Shown one piece after another: positions 25,132-37,144 of a DNA stretch of 54,648 bases (position 1 is its first letter; every line of letters begins with the position of its first letter). Position numbers and translations under genes: made by a program. The stretch is taken from assembly GCF_001194135.2 (NCBI RefSeq), contig NC_068993.1, positions 41,065,894 to 41,120,541 on the forward strand. The letters are read 5' to 3'. This DNA comes from Octopus bimaculoides. Lineage: Eukaryota. The notes below the pieces were generated by a model, which ran no database searches, had not been told where the DNA came from, and saw nothing but the letters and a program-made list of their open reading frames with translations.

Positions 25132-26293
25132 TATGGTTGGTCAACAAGTTCGTTCGCTTTTTACCTTTGCTCATGCGTATTCGTTAGATACATTAACGTA
25201 GCTCGACGCGAACTTGCGACTTGACAGGTTATATTTTGTATGCTTGGAGAACCAAAACAAATAGTATCGGCACGTCATGCCATTTTCACATTTTAAAAAC
25301 AGAAAGCATCGGAAACCTGCAAGAAGACAAATGTTGTGTCGGGGTTAGAGAATGAACATGTCAGAAAAGGTTTCTAAGATTTCGGTTGGGAAATTCTTCT
25401 ATTCAAGAAGCACTACGCTCTGGCTGGCCATATGAGATTAATAACGACAAAGTGAAGTAATTAGTCGACACCAACCCCCGTTAAACGACCAAGATGATCG
25501 TATGTTTTCCAATAGTATCCAAATCGAATGTTGGAAACACCTGCATCAGCTTGGTTACATTAGCAAGCTCAATGTTTGGTTCCCACATCAATTGAATGAG
25601 CAGGACATGGCCCGACGAATGTCCATCTGCAATTCGTTGAAGATGCCTGAAGAAAACGATCTGTTAATGAGGGGAATGGTAACAGACGAGGAGACATAAT
25701 GATGTGAAGCGCAAATGATGAGGGGCGAAATGCGGCAACCTACCACAAACAACCTCCAAAGCAGGACTTCGCCCAAAGAAGGTTATGCTTTCATTTTATT
25801 GATTTACGAGCTTCTTCCCGCAAATAGGGCCATCAGTTCGAATGTGTACTCTGAGCAGCTGGACCAATTAAATGCAGCGATTCACCAGATGCCTCCAGAA
25901 CGTGGCATGTGTATTGTCTTTCGGCACGACAATGCACGCTTTTCTTTTCATATGCAGCAAACGTTACTGCAGATGAGCTGGGACGTTTTGCTTCACCTTC
26001 CATATTCGCCCGACCTTGTTCCTTCAGATTTCCACCAGTTTTGGTCTCTTCAAAATTCATTGAATAGACAGACCTTCAACTCTGAAGAGGATGTATAAAT
26101 TCACCTGAAAGAGTTTTTCACCAATAAAGACAGGAAATTCTTTTATCAGAGAATAATGGGTCTGCTCACATGAATGCAGAAGATACTGAAACTAAATGGT
26201 AATTATATCATTGATTGAATAAATCGCTTTATGCTTAAATCTTGAATTATTTTCCTTTAAAGAAAAAGAACGATCTTTTTGACCAACCCAATA
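25132..26293 (+). mobile_element. Near full-length decayed mariner DNA transposon
   Basis: Imperfect TIRs (TA-tggttggtcaacaagttcgttc and gaacgatctttttgaccaacccaa-TA) with flanking TA, enclosing transposase remnants. Confidence 0.93.
25237..26180 (+). pseudogene. mariner DD34D-family transposase pseudogene (stops and frameshifts)
   Basis: WFPHQLNE (WVPHEL motif), VTDEET (TGDEKW), HDNAR and YSPDLVPSDF motifs. Second-to-third Asp spacing is 32 rather than 34 in this copy. Confidence 0.93.
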
Positions 26294-27109
26294 CACACTC
26301 ACACAGTAAGTAAAGGAGCAGGATGAAAATCAGTTGATTGTCTCAGTCAGTAATCATGCGAATCCTAGCTAACAGTCTATGGCAAGAAAACGATCCAGTA
26401 AAACCAAGTATTCCATACTAACTGAAAATATAGGAAATTTATATCAACGGCAGGAGTATAACATAAAATGAAAGAAAGAATTAAGATATTGGTATCGCAT
26501 TTATAACCCAACTATCGTTTCAATAACAGATGGGAGAGATAAATCATTTAACATGCTAGAACCAATATAAACAATGATCATGTAATTTCATGCGTTATTA
26601 AATGGATCCCGATTCTGTCATCTCACCATGGCCTTGGAAAAGATGCTTCTTTTATGAAATTGCGTAATCATTGTTTATATTTTATTCTAGCATGTTAAAG
26701 GATTTATCTAACCCATCTGTTATTGAAACGATCGCAACCGGGTAATAAATGTGATAGCAATCTCTTCATTCGTTTATTCATTTCATAAACATATTGGATC
26801 ATGCACGCGCGCGCGATGGGCTTCTCTCTGCACATATATCGCCTCTCAAGTTCCACTTACAAGGAATTGGTCAACAACGACGCTAAAATAGAAGATACTT
26901 GCCCAAAATGCTGTGAAGTAGCATTTTTGTTTAGTACCATACATTTTCGAGCCTAACCATGTATAATACAAGTAATTTTTTCAGCAACATGGGACTTCTA
27001 CCCCCATTATAATGTGTAACGTTTTGTAAGTTTCTTGACAAAAAAGAAAAAAACGATTATTCCATGGATAGTTGAGGAAGTGTAATGACCAGTTGAATAG
27101 TTATTACCT

Positions 27110-27560
27110 TAACCGTGCTGTGTAGCTTGATTTTTGTCCTTGGGTAGCAACTGTTATTTTCTATTTGCGTTCTCCTTGAAAGTATGAAAAATGGCTAAAT
27201 ATTTCATTCAAACTTTGCTCTTGTTATATCTATTGAAACCCCAAAGAATCACTCTCAGCACATGGTTATGATGCTCCCTCCACCCTATTGCCATATCGTC
27301 AGCCACTAAAGGACATGTTCAAGTGGTTACGGTCAAGTAACTGACACAAATCTGTGCTATTGAGCAGAATATTTGCTATAACGATATTTCTGTTTCAGCA
27401 ACTCAGCGCTGAATCTGTCCGAAATGTAGTGGAAAATAGGTCAGTTTCAAAACATTGATGACCAGGTCACAAAAGCAGAATTTGAAGGAGATAGTAGTCA
27501 TTTCATTTGATTTCTAGATAGAAGTAAATAGGAAACAACATTTATTAACCAAATACAAAA
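27110..27560. mobile_element. Unclassified dispersed repeat, inverted relative to 9045-9470
   Basis: Contains the reverse complements of the same blocks. Confidence 0.75.
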
Positions 27561-28508
27561 ATTTTTTTTAATGAAAATTTTGTTACACAATATAATAGAT
27601 CCTAATCGATTTCGTTTTGGACGCTATAAAATAAAATATTTTCAAGAATACCACTCACTGTCGATGACATGATTCAACCCATAAAGAGAAGTATTTCAAG
27701 AAATTGATGCCAATAAAGAAATTCCATGCCAAAGTGTACTTGAGAGTAGAAACTATACAAGAATGTGTAATTACTAAAAGGAGACGTTTTAGTAATCAGG
27801 AGTTTGTATTTAATTGCAATTTGAGAACCTGAAATATTTGTATTTTCTAAATTTGTTATAAGTACGTCCCCAGTAAGGTTGTTTGTAATAATCAGCCTGG
27901 TTTTTCCTTCTCTCTCTCTCTCTCCAAAATAGAAACTGTATGCTTATTTTTGAGTCCTTGTATGTGTGTGTATGCATGTGCATGTGTACGTTTAAATGTG
28001 GGTGTATATAAATACGTATGTTTATATATGCGTAAGTATGTATATGTAGTGTTTGAGTGAATGCATTTGTGTATTAGAAATTATTTTAACCTATTAATAT
28101 CTTTTCTTCTATCTTTTACTTGCTTCAGTCATTTGACTGCTGCCATGCTGGGGCATCACCTTGAAGAGTTTTAGTCGAAGAAATCAACCCCCAGGAGGAC
28201 TTTTTTTAAAGCCAAGTCCTTATTTTCTCGGTCTCTTTTGCCTAACCGCTAAGTTACGGGGGACGTAAACACATCAACAGTGGTGGTGGAAGAGAAAGAG
28301 AGATATGTACAACGGGCTCCTTTCAGTTTCCGGTTAACTAATCCACTCAAGGCTTTGATTGTCCGAGGCTGTTGTAGAAGACACTTGCCCAAAGTGCCAC
28401 GCAGTGGGATTGAACCCTGAACCATGTGGTTGGCAAGCAAGATTTTTGCCACAAAGCCATGCCTGTGTCTCTATAAACTTCTAAATATAAACTTAAAAAA
28501 AACAAACC

Positions 28509-28611
28509 AAATTTAAGCATAATATTATGGGGCTCGATTTGTTCGACTAAAATTTAAGCATAATATTATGGGGCTCGATTTGTTCGACTAAAATTTAAGC
28601 ATAATATTATG
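28509..28611. repeat. Perfect 41-bp tandem repeat, 2.5 copies
   Basis: aaatttaagcataatattatggggctcgatttgttcgacta at 28509 and 28550, partial at 28591. Confidence 0.95.
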
Positions 28612-29029
28612 ATAAACTACTTGTTTCCCACAATTAGTACAACCGCTACAGTGACAATAACAACATCAACAATACCAATAATTACAATAGACTTCGAAAT
28701 GTGAATAAATAAACAAACAAAATCAATAATATACCGCCCACCTCCACTCTCTGTTTATTTTATCATATCCGTTTATGGTAGGGTAATGCTATGGTACGTT
28801 GTTACCAACGCTAAAGACCGTGGGACGGGCATTGAATCCTAGCAAGGAATCATTGAAATAGTGTTCGGGCCGACCAAAGCCTTGAGAATAGATTTGCTGT
28901 ATGGAAACTAAATGAAGCACATCGTGTGTGTGTATGGGGGTGTTATATATACATGTATGTATGTGGGGTTTATGTGCTGGGGGCGGGTTACATATGTATT
29001 ATACATATATATATATACACACATACACA

Positions 29030-29120
<91 letters not shown>

Positions 29121-29467
29121 GCACACACATATACATACATATATATATATGTACATATACATACATACACACATATATATATATATATGTATGTATGTAT
29201 GTATGTTTACGTCCTCATAACTTAGAGGTTCTGCAAAAAGAGGGCAACAGAGTAAGTGCCAGGCTTTGCAAAATAAATAAATAAATAAAATAATTACTAG
29301 GGTCAAGAGATTTGCTTCACTAAAAGCAGTGTCCGAGCATGGCCGCAGTCCAGTGGCTGAAACTAATAAAAGATAAAAAATAAGTAGAGATAGAATTTTT
29401 TTTTTTTTTTTAACATGTCAGTGTTGACTACAGTGTCCCGATAGGTACTGGGATCTAGTGATATATA

Positions 29468-29650
29468 CGAGAGGGTGCTGAAAAGCTCCTGGTTTTAAGG
29501 GTATTGAGAAAGGCCTGATTGGAGGCCCAACCTTCCGACCGCTGCAATAAGTGTGTGAATCTGAGAGGGGAATGTGTTGAGTAACATCATGATTAACCGA
29601 TCCTCCCGTATTTCCTATTACCCAAAGAACAGGAACTATTCAACATCTCG
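29468..29650. mobile_element. mariner-derived MITE
   Basis: TA|CGAGAGGGTGCTGAAAAGCTCCTG ... CAGGAACTATTCAACATCTCG|TA. Confidence 0.65.
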
Positions 29651-29656
29651 TACATC

Positions 29657-29965
29657 TCAAAGTAGCGACCTGCGTATATTGGTTATGTGTTTATTCATTA
29701 GAACTATGTTCTGAATATTGCTTCGATCTTTAATCTTTTGTTTAGTTAATCTGTAGAGCATAGATGGGTTTTCAACTAACCTTTTATTAATTTTTGTTTT
29801 TGTGTTATGGAGCATATTTCTCTTACGTCTTGCAAACACATCGTGGTCCAGTGAGAGAGTATTGTATCGGTAGTACTTGTATTGCCAATATAACAGTTTA
29901 AGTCGTGATGTTTACAACCCTTCACATTTGCAATGCAAACATAAATGTAGAGTTTTCGCATTTGA
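29657..29965 (-). pseudogene. Penelope-like retroelement GIY-YIG endonuclease relic
   Basis: Across shifted frames: IY..C..NVKGCKHHDLNCYIGNTSTT, LVENPSMLYR, QRLKIEAIF..IN, matching the order of PLE GIY-YIG motifs. Confidence 0.65.
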
Positions 29966-30418
29966 GAGTTTACCGTATGCCACTACGATAGGTTACTGCA
30001 TATCATAGTGGGCTCTGTAAGATATCAACAATCAAAGTAAGATCGAAATGTTTTTAATCTGATGACGACCTGCTTAGTTTGGTTTTCTTAACAGTCGAGA
30101 CTTGAGAGAGTATTTTTGATCGTTATTATTAATCCAATATAACCTTTTCGCTTTCTTTGTATTGATTTCTATATTTAAATATTTATTTGTTTAACCTCTA
30201 TCTTACACTTAACTGTGGCAAGACTTCATTATCAATTTATCTCTCTGTTCAGACAGTTTAGTTTGAAAAGTAAGTTCACTACATTATCATTTCTCACATT
30301 ACAATAATGATTAATGAACAATTTTAGATTTTTTACAAAACTAGATTTTAATTTCACAAGTGCAATTATTTTGATTAAATATTCATGCTTTTCTTTTCTC
30401 TTTTTCCTTGTTTTTCAG

Positions 30419-30442
30419 ATGGTGATTTCCAATATGCCAGTA
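30419..30442 (+). CDS. PVF: PVF 24-nt microexon, (D)GDFQYAS(T)
   Basis: Long polypyrimidine tract ending tttttcag|AT and donor AGTA|gtaagt; phase 1 to 1; open in frame with both neighbours. Confidence 0.75.
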
Positions 30443-32203
30443 GTAAGTATTCTTATTCAATTTTTGAGAACAATTTCTAAGACTTGAAATTGTTACAATA
30501 TTTCATCGATGGTGAATTTTCAGAATCGTTAGAACATTGATATTTAGTTTACGCACCTTAATATTCTGAGTTCAAATCCTACTATTGATCCATCTAAAGT
30601 CGATAAAATAAAAGTACGTCTGACTTCGTTTATCATGCGTGTTTAGTTTAAAAAGGAGAAAGTGTTGCATGGATCAGTGATAAATGAATAATAGAACAAC
30701 TGGGGAAACAAGTGGTTTCGCTCCGAGACCCCAAAGTTGTCCTCCTAACTTATATAACACTTTCAAAAATATTTTAAACACATTTTATGATATTTTTTCG
30801 TGTTTGGGAAAATATTTTATAACACATTAGTAAATAATAAAAAAGACAAGCAACTGAAAAATATTAACAAGCAGAACTTTTGCACGATATCTGACTCTTT
30901 TTATCCTAAATCAATCCTTGATAAGTGTAACAGGATTCACAATTGAACATGCTGTTTTCCTCTGAATCAGAGATGAATGAATTAGTAATTAACAAGGACA
31001 GGTATATTAGTTATGAACAAAGATCAGTTTATATCCTTTTAATCCACCCTGGGTATAACTAGAATTATCATAGAAGGAAAAACATATAAAAGGATTAAGA
31101 TTAATTATTGTACGTTTCTGAGTAAACTTCTGTGGTCTCAGTTTGACCCAAGATCTATGTGTAAATCATAATGGTTTAAGCAGAAAACAAAACGTTATTG
31201 GCTGAAAGAATGTAATGTAAATAACATAGTACTTAGTTTATAAAATCACTACTAAAGCTGTTGCCTTCACCGCAGATCAAAAAGATTGTCGGTGCATCTT
31301 CAAAGCTGAGTTTTCTACTGTTGTCAGCAGATTGGCGATGATTGATTGAAAGAGGTGTGTCCTCATGGTCTCTACCACGATAGCTTAAACAAACCAAACA
31401 ACTAAAGATTGATGGTTTAATACTATTTAGTTTAGTTAAAAACGGCCTGAATCATAAAACATCTGCAGAGAAGATACACAATAAGGAAAGTTGTTGGTAA
31501 CGTTTTCAATGTTTCTTTGATTGATGATAATGACGGTGGTGGTAGAGGTGGTCACCAAAACGCACGTGTTACCGCTGCAAAAATATTCAATAATCCACAA
31601 TCTTTGGCTTATAGATCTGGTTCAAGGATAGCGGATAACTACATATCGTTCTGTGTCATTTCTTGTTGCGTAACCTCAATTCTTATCATAGAGTGAATTC
31701 TGCTAAAGTCCTAGACTGCTGAATTAAAGTGGGTGAAAGATAAACTTGCCTCTTGCAACATCAAGAGCAATATCAGATTCTTGCGTGCCTTGCAGCTGCT
31801 CTACACCTACCCGTATGTACCGGGGTCGTGGGCGCTTCGCTGCAGAGTAACAGAAATGATACTGGCATAAATTGACAGGTCATGACGATAGTTAAAAAAA
31901 GAAAATTATCAGCATGAAGATGCCCTTACCCATTGCCTAACTTCAGTAGCACCATACCAATTATGAGAATTTTTTTTTTTCACCTATTTTACTGTGGCTT
32001 CGATAACTAATATGTACCATTATATATATTAATATTATCTCAGTTTAAAAAAAAACCTTGACAATGTAAATATGTTAATAGTTACCATGGGTAGCAAAAA
32101 TCACACAACAAAAACAGAATATCATACCCGTTTTATAGGTAGAGATACCAAATTAAAGTGATGCATTTTGAGTAAATGCGTTTTGCTCCATTTATTGTTA
32201 TTA

Positions 32204-32242
<39 letters not shown>

Positions 32243-33620
32243 CCTAATGTATCCTTTTCTTATTTAAGAATGAGGAATATTTAGCTATAGCTTCTAACAA
32301 ATCAAGTGACCCTGTAGAGGCTCCACAGCACTGTTGTCACGTGATCAGTTAACAGCACATCAACATGATGTCTTAATTAGAACTAAACTAATTAACTGTC
32401 TTTGTGTTGATATTGCTTACAGCTGCTTGGATATGAACTATTGCTTCCTCATCTATTATGCAAGTACCTGTAGACATGCATGTATAAGAAGTTACATATT
32501 TGTCTTGCTCTACACCTCAATATATCACAGAAAACCATTTAAAGATATCAAAATTAGAAACTTAGTGGACAGGGTTTTAAAAACCACAATTTTTTTTTTT
32601 TACCTAAAGTTGACTTCAGCAGGTTTTGAACATAGAATGTAAAGTGTCGGAGCATACCAAAAACCATTTTTCTGATGCTCTAACATGTCTACCAGTTCAC
32701 CTACTTAATAATAACAATAATAATAATGGTTTCAAATTTCGCCACAAGGGCAGTAATTTTGGTGATGGGGATGAGTCGATTACATTGACATTTTATCAAC
32801 CCCAAAAGGATGAAGGATAAAGTCAACCTTGGTGGAGTTTGGACTCAGAACAAAGTGAATGGTGATATGCCACTAAGTATTTTGTCCAGCTCACCACCTT
32901 AACAATAATACAAATGGCAAAATACCGCTAAGCATTTCGTCCAGCTTGCCACCTTAATAATAATAATAATAATAATAATAATGATGATGATGATGATAAT
33001 AATAATCCTTTCTACTATAGGCCAGAAATTTTTTGGGGATGAGCTAGTCAATTACATTGACCCCAGTACTTAACTAAAACTTATTTTATTGACCCTGAAA
33101 AATAATGAAAGCCTGATTTAACCTTGATGGTATTTGAACTCAACATAAAAATGGAAAATTACTGCTAAGCATCTTGTTTGCTGTGCTAACAAATCTGTAA
33201 GCTTACCACCTTAATAATAATGATAATGATAATAAAAATTTCAAATTTTGGCACAAGGCCAGCAAGTTCATGAAAAGGACAAGTCGATTACATCAACCCC
33301 AAAAGGACAAAAGGCAAAGTTGACTTTGGCAGTATTAAAATTCTGAAAATTAAGAGGGACGAAATGTGACTGAGCATTAAATTGTTTCTAATTTTGGCAG
33401 AAAGCCGGTGACTTTGTGGGAAGTGGGTACATTGACTCCAGATCTTGACTGGTACTCTGACTCCAGATCTCTGGTACTTTATCAGCTCAGGAAGGATAAA
33501 AAGCAAAGCTGACTTCTGCAGAATATAGAAAAACAAAAAGCAAAAAAATAATCAGAGATACTACTTGACATTTTGTACAATGTGCTAATGATTCTGCCAG
33601 TTTATTGAAATAATAATAAT

Positions 33621-33975
33621 GAGAGCACTCAGAGAGTGCAAACCGCTGCCAAGACAACACCAATGTCCTCTCAATGATTAGCTGGAGGTGATTTTTAAAA
33701 TGAGAATATCTGAAATATACTCGACTGCTCTCACAAATGAGAATACTAATAATGAACCCAACTACTCAAAAAAGTTAAGTAAAAAAAACGGGAAAAATAA
33801 TTCAGAATCCTTGTTCAGTACTGGATCAATCCCAAAATCTAACCAGTTTGTGCCAGTCATGAGGCCAAACATCCCTGAAAGTTTTATTCAAATCCATATA
33901 GCGGTTCTTGAGATATCTTGTCCACGGATAAACAAACACAACTGAAAACAATACCTCCGCCTTCGCTAAGCTGGA

Positions 33976-33978
<3 letters not shown>
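33621..33978 (+). mobile_element. Helentron/HINE-like non-autonomous element within (AAT)n
   Basis: 5' gagagcactcagagagtgcaaaccgctgccaag and 3' hairpin acctccgcctt-cgct-aagctggaggt; AAT repeats on both sides. Classification is an inference. Confidence 0.45.
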
Positions 33979-34018
<40 letters not shown>

Positions 34019-34391
34019 GTTTTGAATTTTGGGCACAGAAGCCAATTACATCGACCAGAGTATTTGAATGAGAACACAGGACATTAAGACAGATGAAATG
34101 CCACTAAGCAGTTTGTAATAATAATAGTAGTAATCATTTCTGCTAAAGGTACAAGGCCTGAAATATAGGGAGAGAGGACTAGTTGATTACATCAACTCCA
34201 GTGTTTCACTGGTTAATTTATTGACCATGAAAGGATGAAAGGCAATGTCAACCTCGGTGGAATTTGAACTCAGAATGTAGTGATAGGTGAAATACTGCTA
34301 AGCATTTCATCCCACATTCTAATGATTCTGCCAGCTCACTACCTTAATAATAATAGCAATAATAACAAAGGTAATGACAATAGTAATAGTA

Positions 34392-34507
<116 letters not shown>

Positions 34508-34694
34508 TAACATATAGCCAATGCAACACAAACTTCAAAAAGATACTTTCACTTTGAACAATTTATGAAGGTACGTGCACAATTAACAAATATTTTTACG
34601 GCAGCATAGCGGTGGGAAACAACGTAGTAACAATAACAGTAATACAATGTAAACTTATTTCTAAATATATATTTTTTATGTCTTTTTCTTGTAG

Positions 34695-34882
34695 CAAGTG
34701 AAATTGTCAATGCTGATTATTGCTCACCCCGGTTGACTACAATAGAGATTCCTCAACCAACAGAATACAACAAGTATTATTGGCCAAAATGTACCCGAGT
34801 AAAAAGATGCGGAGGTTGTGCTGAACACGAGTCACTTGCCTGTGTTCCCACTACTAAAGGAAAAGTTTTTAAAAAAGTACAA
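34695..34882 (+). CDS. PVF: PVF PDGF/VEGF domain exon, (T)SEIVNADYCSPRLTTIEIPQPTEYNKYYWPKCTRVKRCGGCAEHESLACVPTTKGKVFKKVQ
   Basis: Acceptor tttttcttgtag|CA and donor CAA|gtaagt; 188 nt, phase 1 to 0. C-x-P-R and W-P-x-C-x5-C-G-G-C motifs are diagnostic of the PDGF/VEGF family. Confidence 0.96.
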
Positions 34883-34942
34883 GTAAGTTCTCTTCTCTTC
34901 TCTCTCTTCTGTTGTAATTTCATTCGCCTAGAAGATATTATA

Positions 34943-35526
34943 TTAATCTTTTAGCATTCAAATTACTCTGTCGCATGTAAAAAAAAAAGAAAAAAGTGGG
35001 GTGGTATTAATGACCATGGGATTGCACCTAGAAAGTTACCCTCTGAGGCACAAGTCCTGGCAAGGTTGTTTATGGAAGATCAGTGATTGCCCATGTATGC
35101 CAGCCTCCCCTCTTCATACCACTGATGTTATCCAAGGGAAAGGCAAAGGCCAATACAACTTGGTACCAATGATGAAGCAACTCGTTTCTACAGCTGAGTG
35201 AACTGGAGCAATGTGAAATAAAGTGTTTTACTCAAGAACACAACACACAGCCTAGCCTGGGAATCGAACTCACGACCTCATGAATGTGAGTCTGATGCTC
35301 TAACTACTGAGCTACATGCCTTCGCACATCACATGTAATGCTTATTTATCTACATTGTCTTGAACCAATTATGCCTTATATTGTAACTTCAAAATTTTGT
35401 TGTGATTTTTTTCATTTTTAGAATGATATTGTAGGGTATTTGTGAAAGGCCAAATCTGGCTGACTTAAACTAAAATAAGTAGAATATTAGGGCCAGATAT
35501 AGCCAGCTTAAATCCTAAAAGAATAA
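34943..35526. mobile_element. piggyBac-like MITE interrupted by a SINE
   Basis: TTAA-tcttttagcatt start and aatcctaaaagaataa end (decayed TTAA-CCCTTTAGCATT-type TIR). Confidence 0.55.
34981..35331 (-). mobile_element. tRNA/CORE-like SINE family D nested in a piggyBac-like MITE (other copies 47735-47858 and 50570-50810)
   Basis: Minus-strand head TAGCTCAGTAGTTAGAGC...GAGTTCGATTCCC, then TGTTCTTGAGTAAAACACTT; flanked by duplicated catgtaa (34974-34980 and 35332-35338). Confidence 0.75.
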
Positions 35527-36276
35527 GCAACTCTCACTTCGGAAGTCTGATAGAGTAATATAAAATTCGTTATCATTGTCTTAATGTCCACTTCTCTATG
35601 CTCGCATGGGTCAGACAGAATTTGTTGAGTAAATTTTCTATGGCTGGATGTCCTTCCTGTTACCAACCCTCACCTGTTTCCAAGTGAGGCAGTATTTCAT
35701 CTTTGCTAGACATATTTTTGCAGAATATTGAAAATGAAATGACACTGCTTATATGACAGTGACACTCTTTTACAACACTTATGTGATGTCAAGACAAGGA
35801 TGCACAAATACATATATACATCGGGCTCCTTTCAGCTTTGTTACTCCTGGGGTTATATAGCAGAAAACACTTGTCCCAGTTACCATTCTGTAGGTCTGAA
35901 CCCAAAACCATGTGGTTGAGAAGTAAACTTTTTAACCACACCTGTGTCTAGAGTATCATATATGATAATATATAATTATCCTAATATGTAACTAAAAGGA
36001 ATATAATGGTGTATATGCATATGATTTTTTTTTTTTTCAAATGACTCCCTTCTACATAGACTATAGCTGGGACTAGACCTCAAAAAAACCATGTGGTTAG
36101 GAGGCAAACTTCATAACCACACAGCCATAAGTTCATCAAACTAACAATTAACGTTTGCTAAAATAAAATACAAAAATGTTTGTATAGTGTTTTATCATCA
36201 CCTAGCTATTTTCGGTTTTTGTTTACTTTCCATCTCCATTTATGTTTCCTAAACTTCTTCAATCTCCATCCTTTAG

Positions 36277-36569
36277 GTTGTGCGGTTAAATTACGACTAT
36301 TATGGAGCTCCAAGCCTGACTTTGGACAGAGTAGTTGGTATTGATCTTGAAACACATACAGATTGTGAACAAGTTTGCAAAGTGACAGAAGATGATTGTG
36401 ATGACAAAATACATATTTACAGTTCTGCAGATTGCTCCTGTCGTTGCAAACCATCTTTAAATACCAGATGTACACATCCAAAGACCTGGAACAAGAAGAC
36501 TTGTCGCTGCACATGTCCAAAATTAAAAGCTTGTGGACATGGTCTCTATTTTAATAAAATTCTTTGCAC
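36277..36569 (+). CDS. PVF: PVF exon: end of PDGF/VEGF domain (HTDCEQVC) plus VEGF-C-like C-x10/11-CxCxC repeats
   Basis: Acceptor ccatcctttag|GTT and donor TGCAC|gtaagt; 293 nt, phase 0 to 2. Encodes CDDKIHIYSSADCSCRC, CTHPKTWNKKTCRCTC and CGHGLYFNKILC. Confidence 0.95.
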
Positions 36570-36821
36570 GTAAGTAAGATTTTATTATTGTTATTGAGGT
36601 GGCTGAAAACTTTTGCACGGCCATTTTTGGTGGTCATCTCACATCTTCCCCTCTCACTCAGAACCCTTACTACAAAATATGATTGGGTATGGAAATAACT
36701 CCGACAGGACCAATGTCTCATCTGTAAAAAACGCAATGTGAAACATCCACTTATAAGTTGACAATTAGTAGACATTTACAATAGTTTAATGTGGCTGAAG
36801 ACTTTTGCACTTTACTTTGAA

Positions 36822-36853
<32 letters not shown>

Positions 36854-36861
36854 ATCTACTG

Positions 36862-37130
36862 ACACTGTGTCAGTTACGACAACAAGGGTTCCAGTTGATC
36901 CAATTAATGGAACAGCTTGCTCATGCCTGCACTTCACAGACATGTGTACCCTCAATATACTTCTTAGGGAGATCCAGCATGATGCACAATGTGAAAAGGC
37001 TGATATTTTGCCAGATACTTTTCTGGTTTGTCACAGATCCCAAATCACCTGTGGCTGACCAAAACCAACAACATGATTTATAGGCTAAGGGCTGCTGTTG
37101 ATAATACTTGCCCACAGTGCAGCTGAGTGG
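36862..37130 (-). mobile_element. Diverged SINE sharing the family C 3' tail
   Basis: gttacgacaacaagggttccagttgatc matches the tail at 10508-10540. Confidence 0.6.
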
Positions 37131-37144
37131 AACACAAAATCACA

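Noticed and set aside
34817-34822. Alternative alignment in which C4 is lost and C5 kept
   Set aside because: Needs a compensating indel; ungapped spacing puts Ala at C5, and the matching loss of C8 supports that reading.
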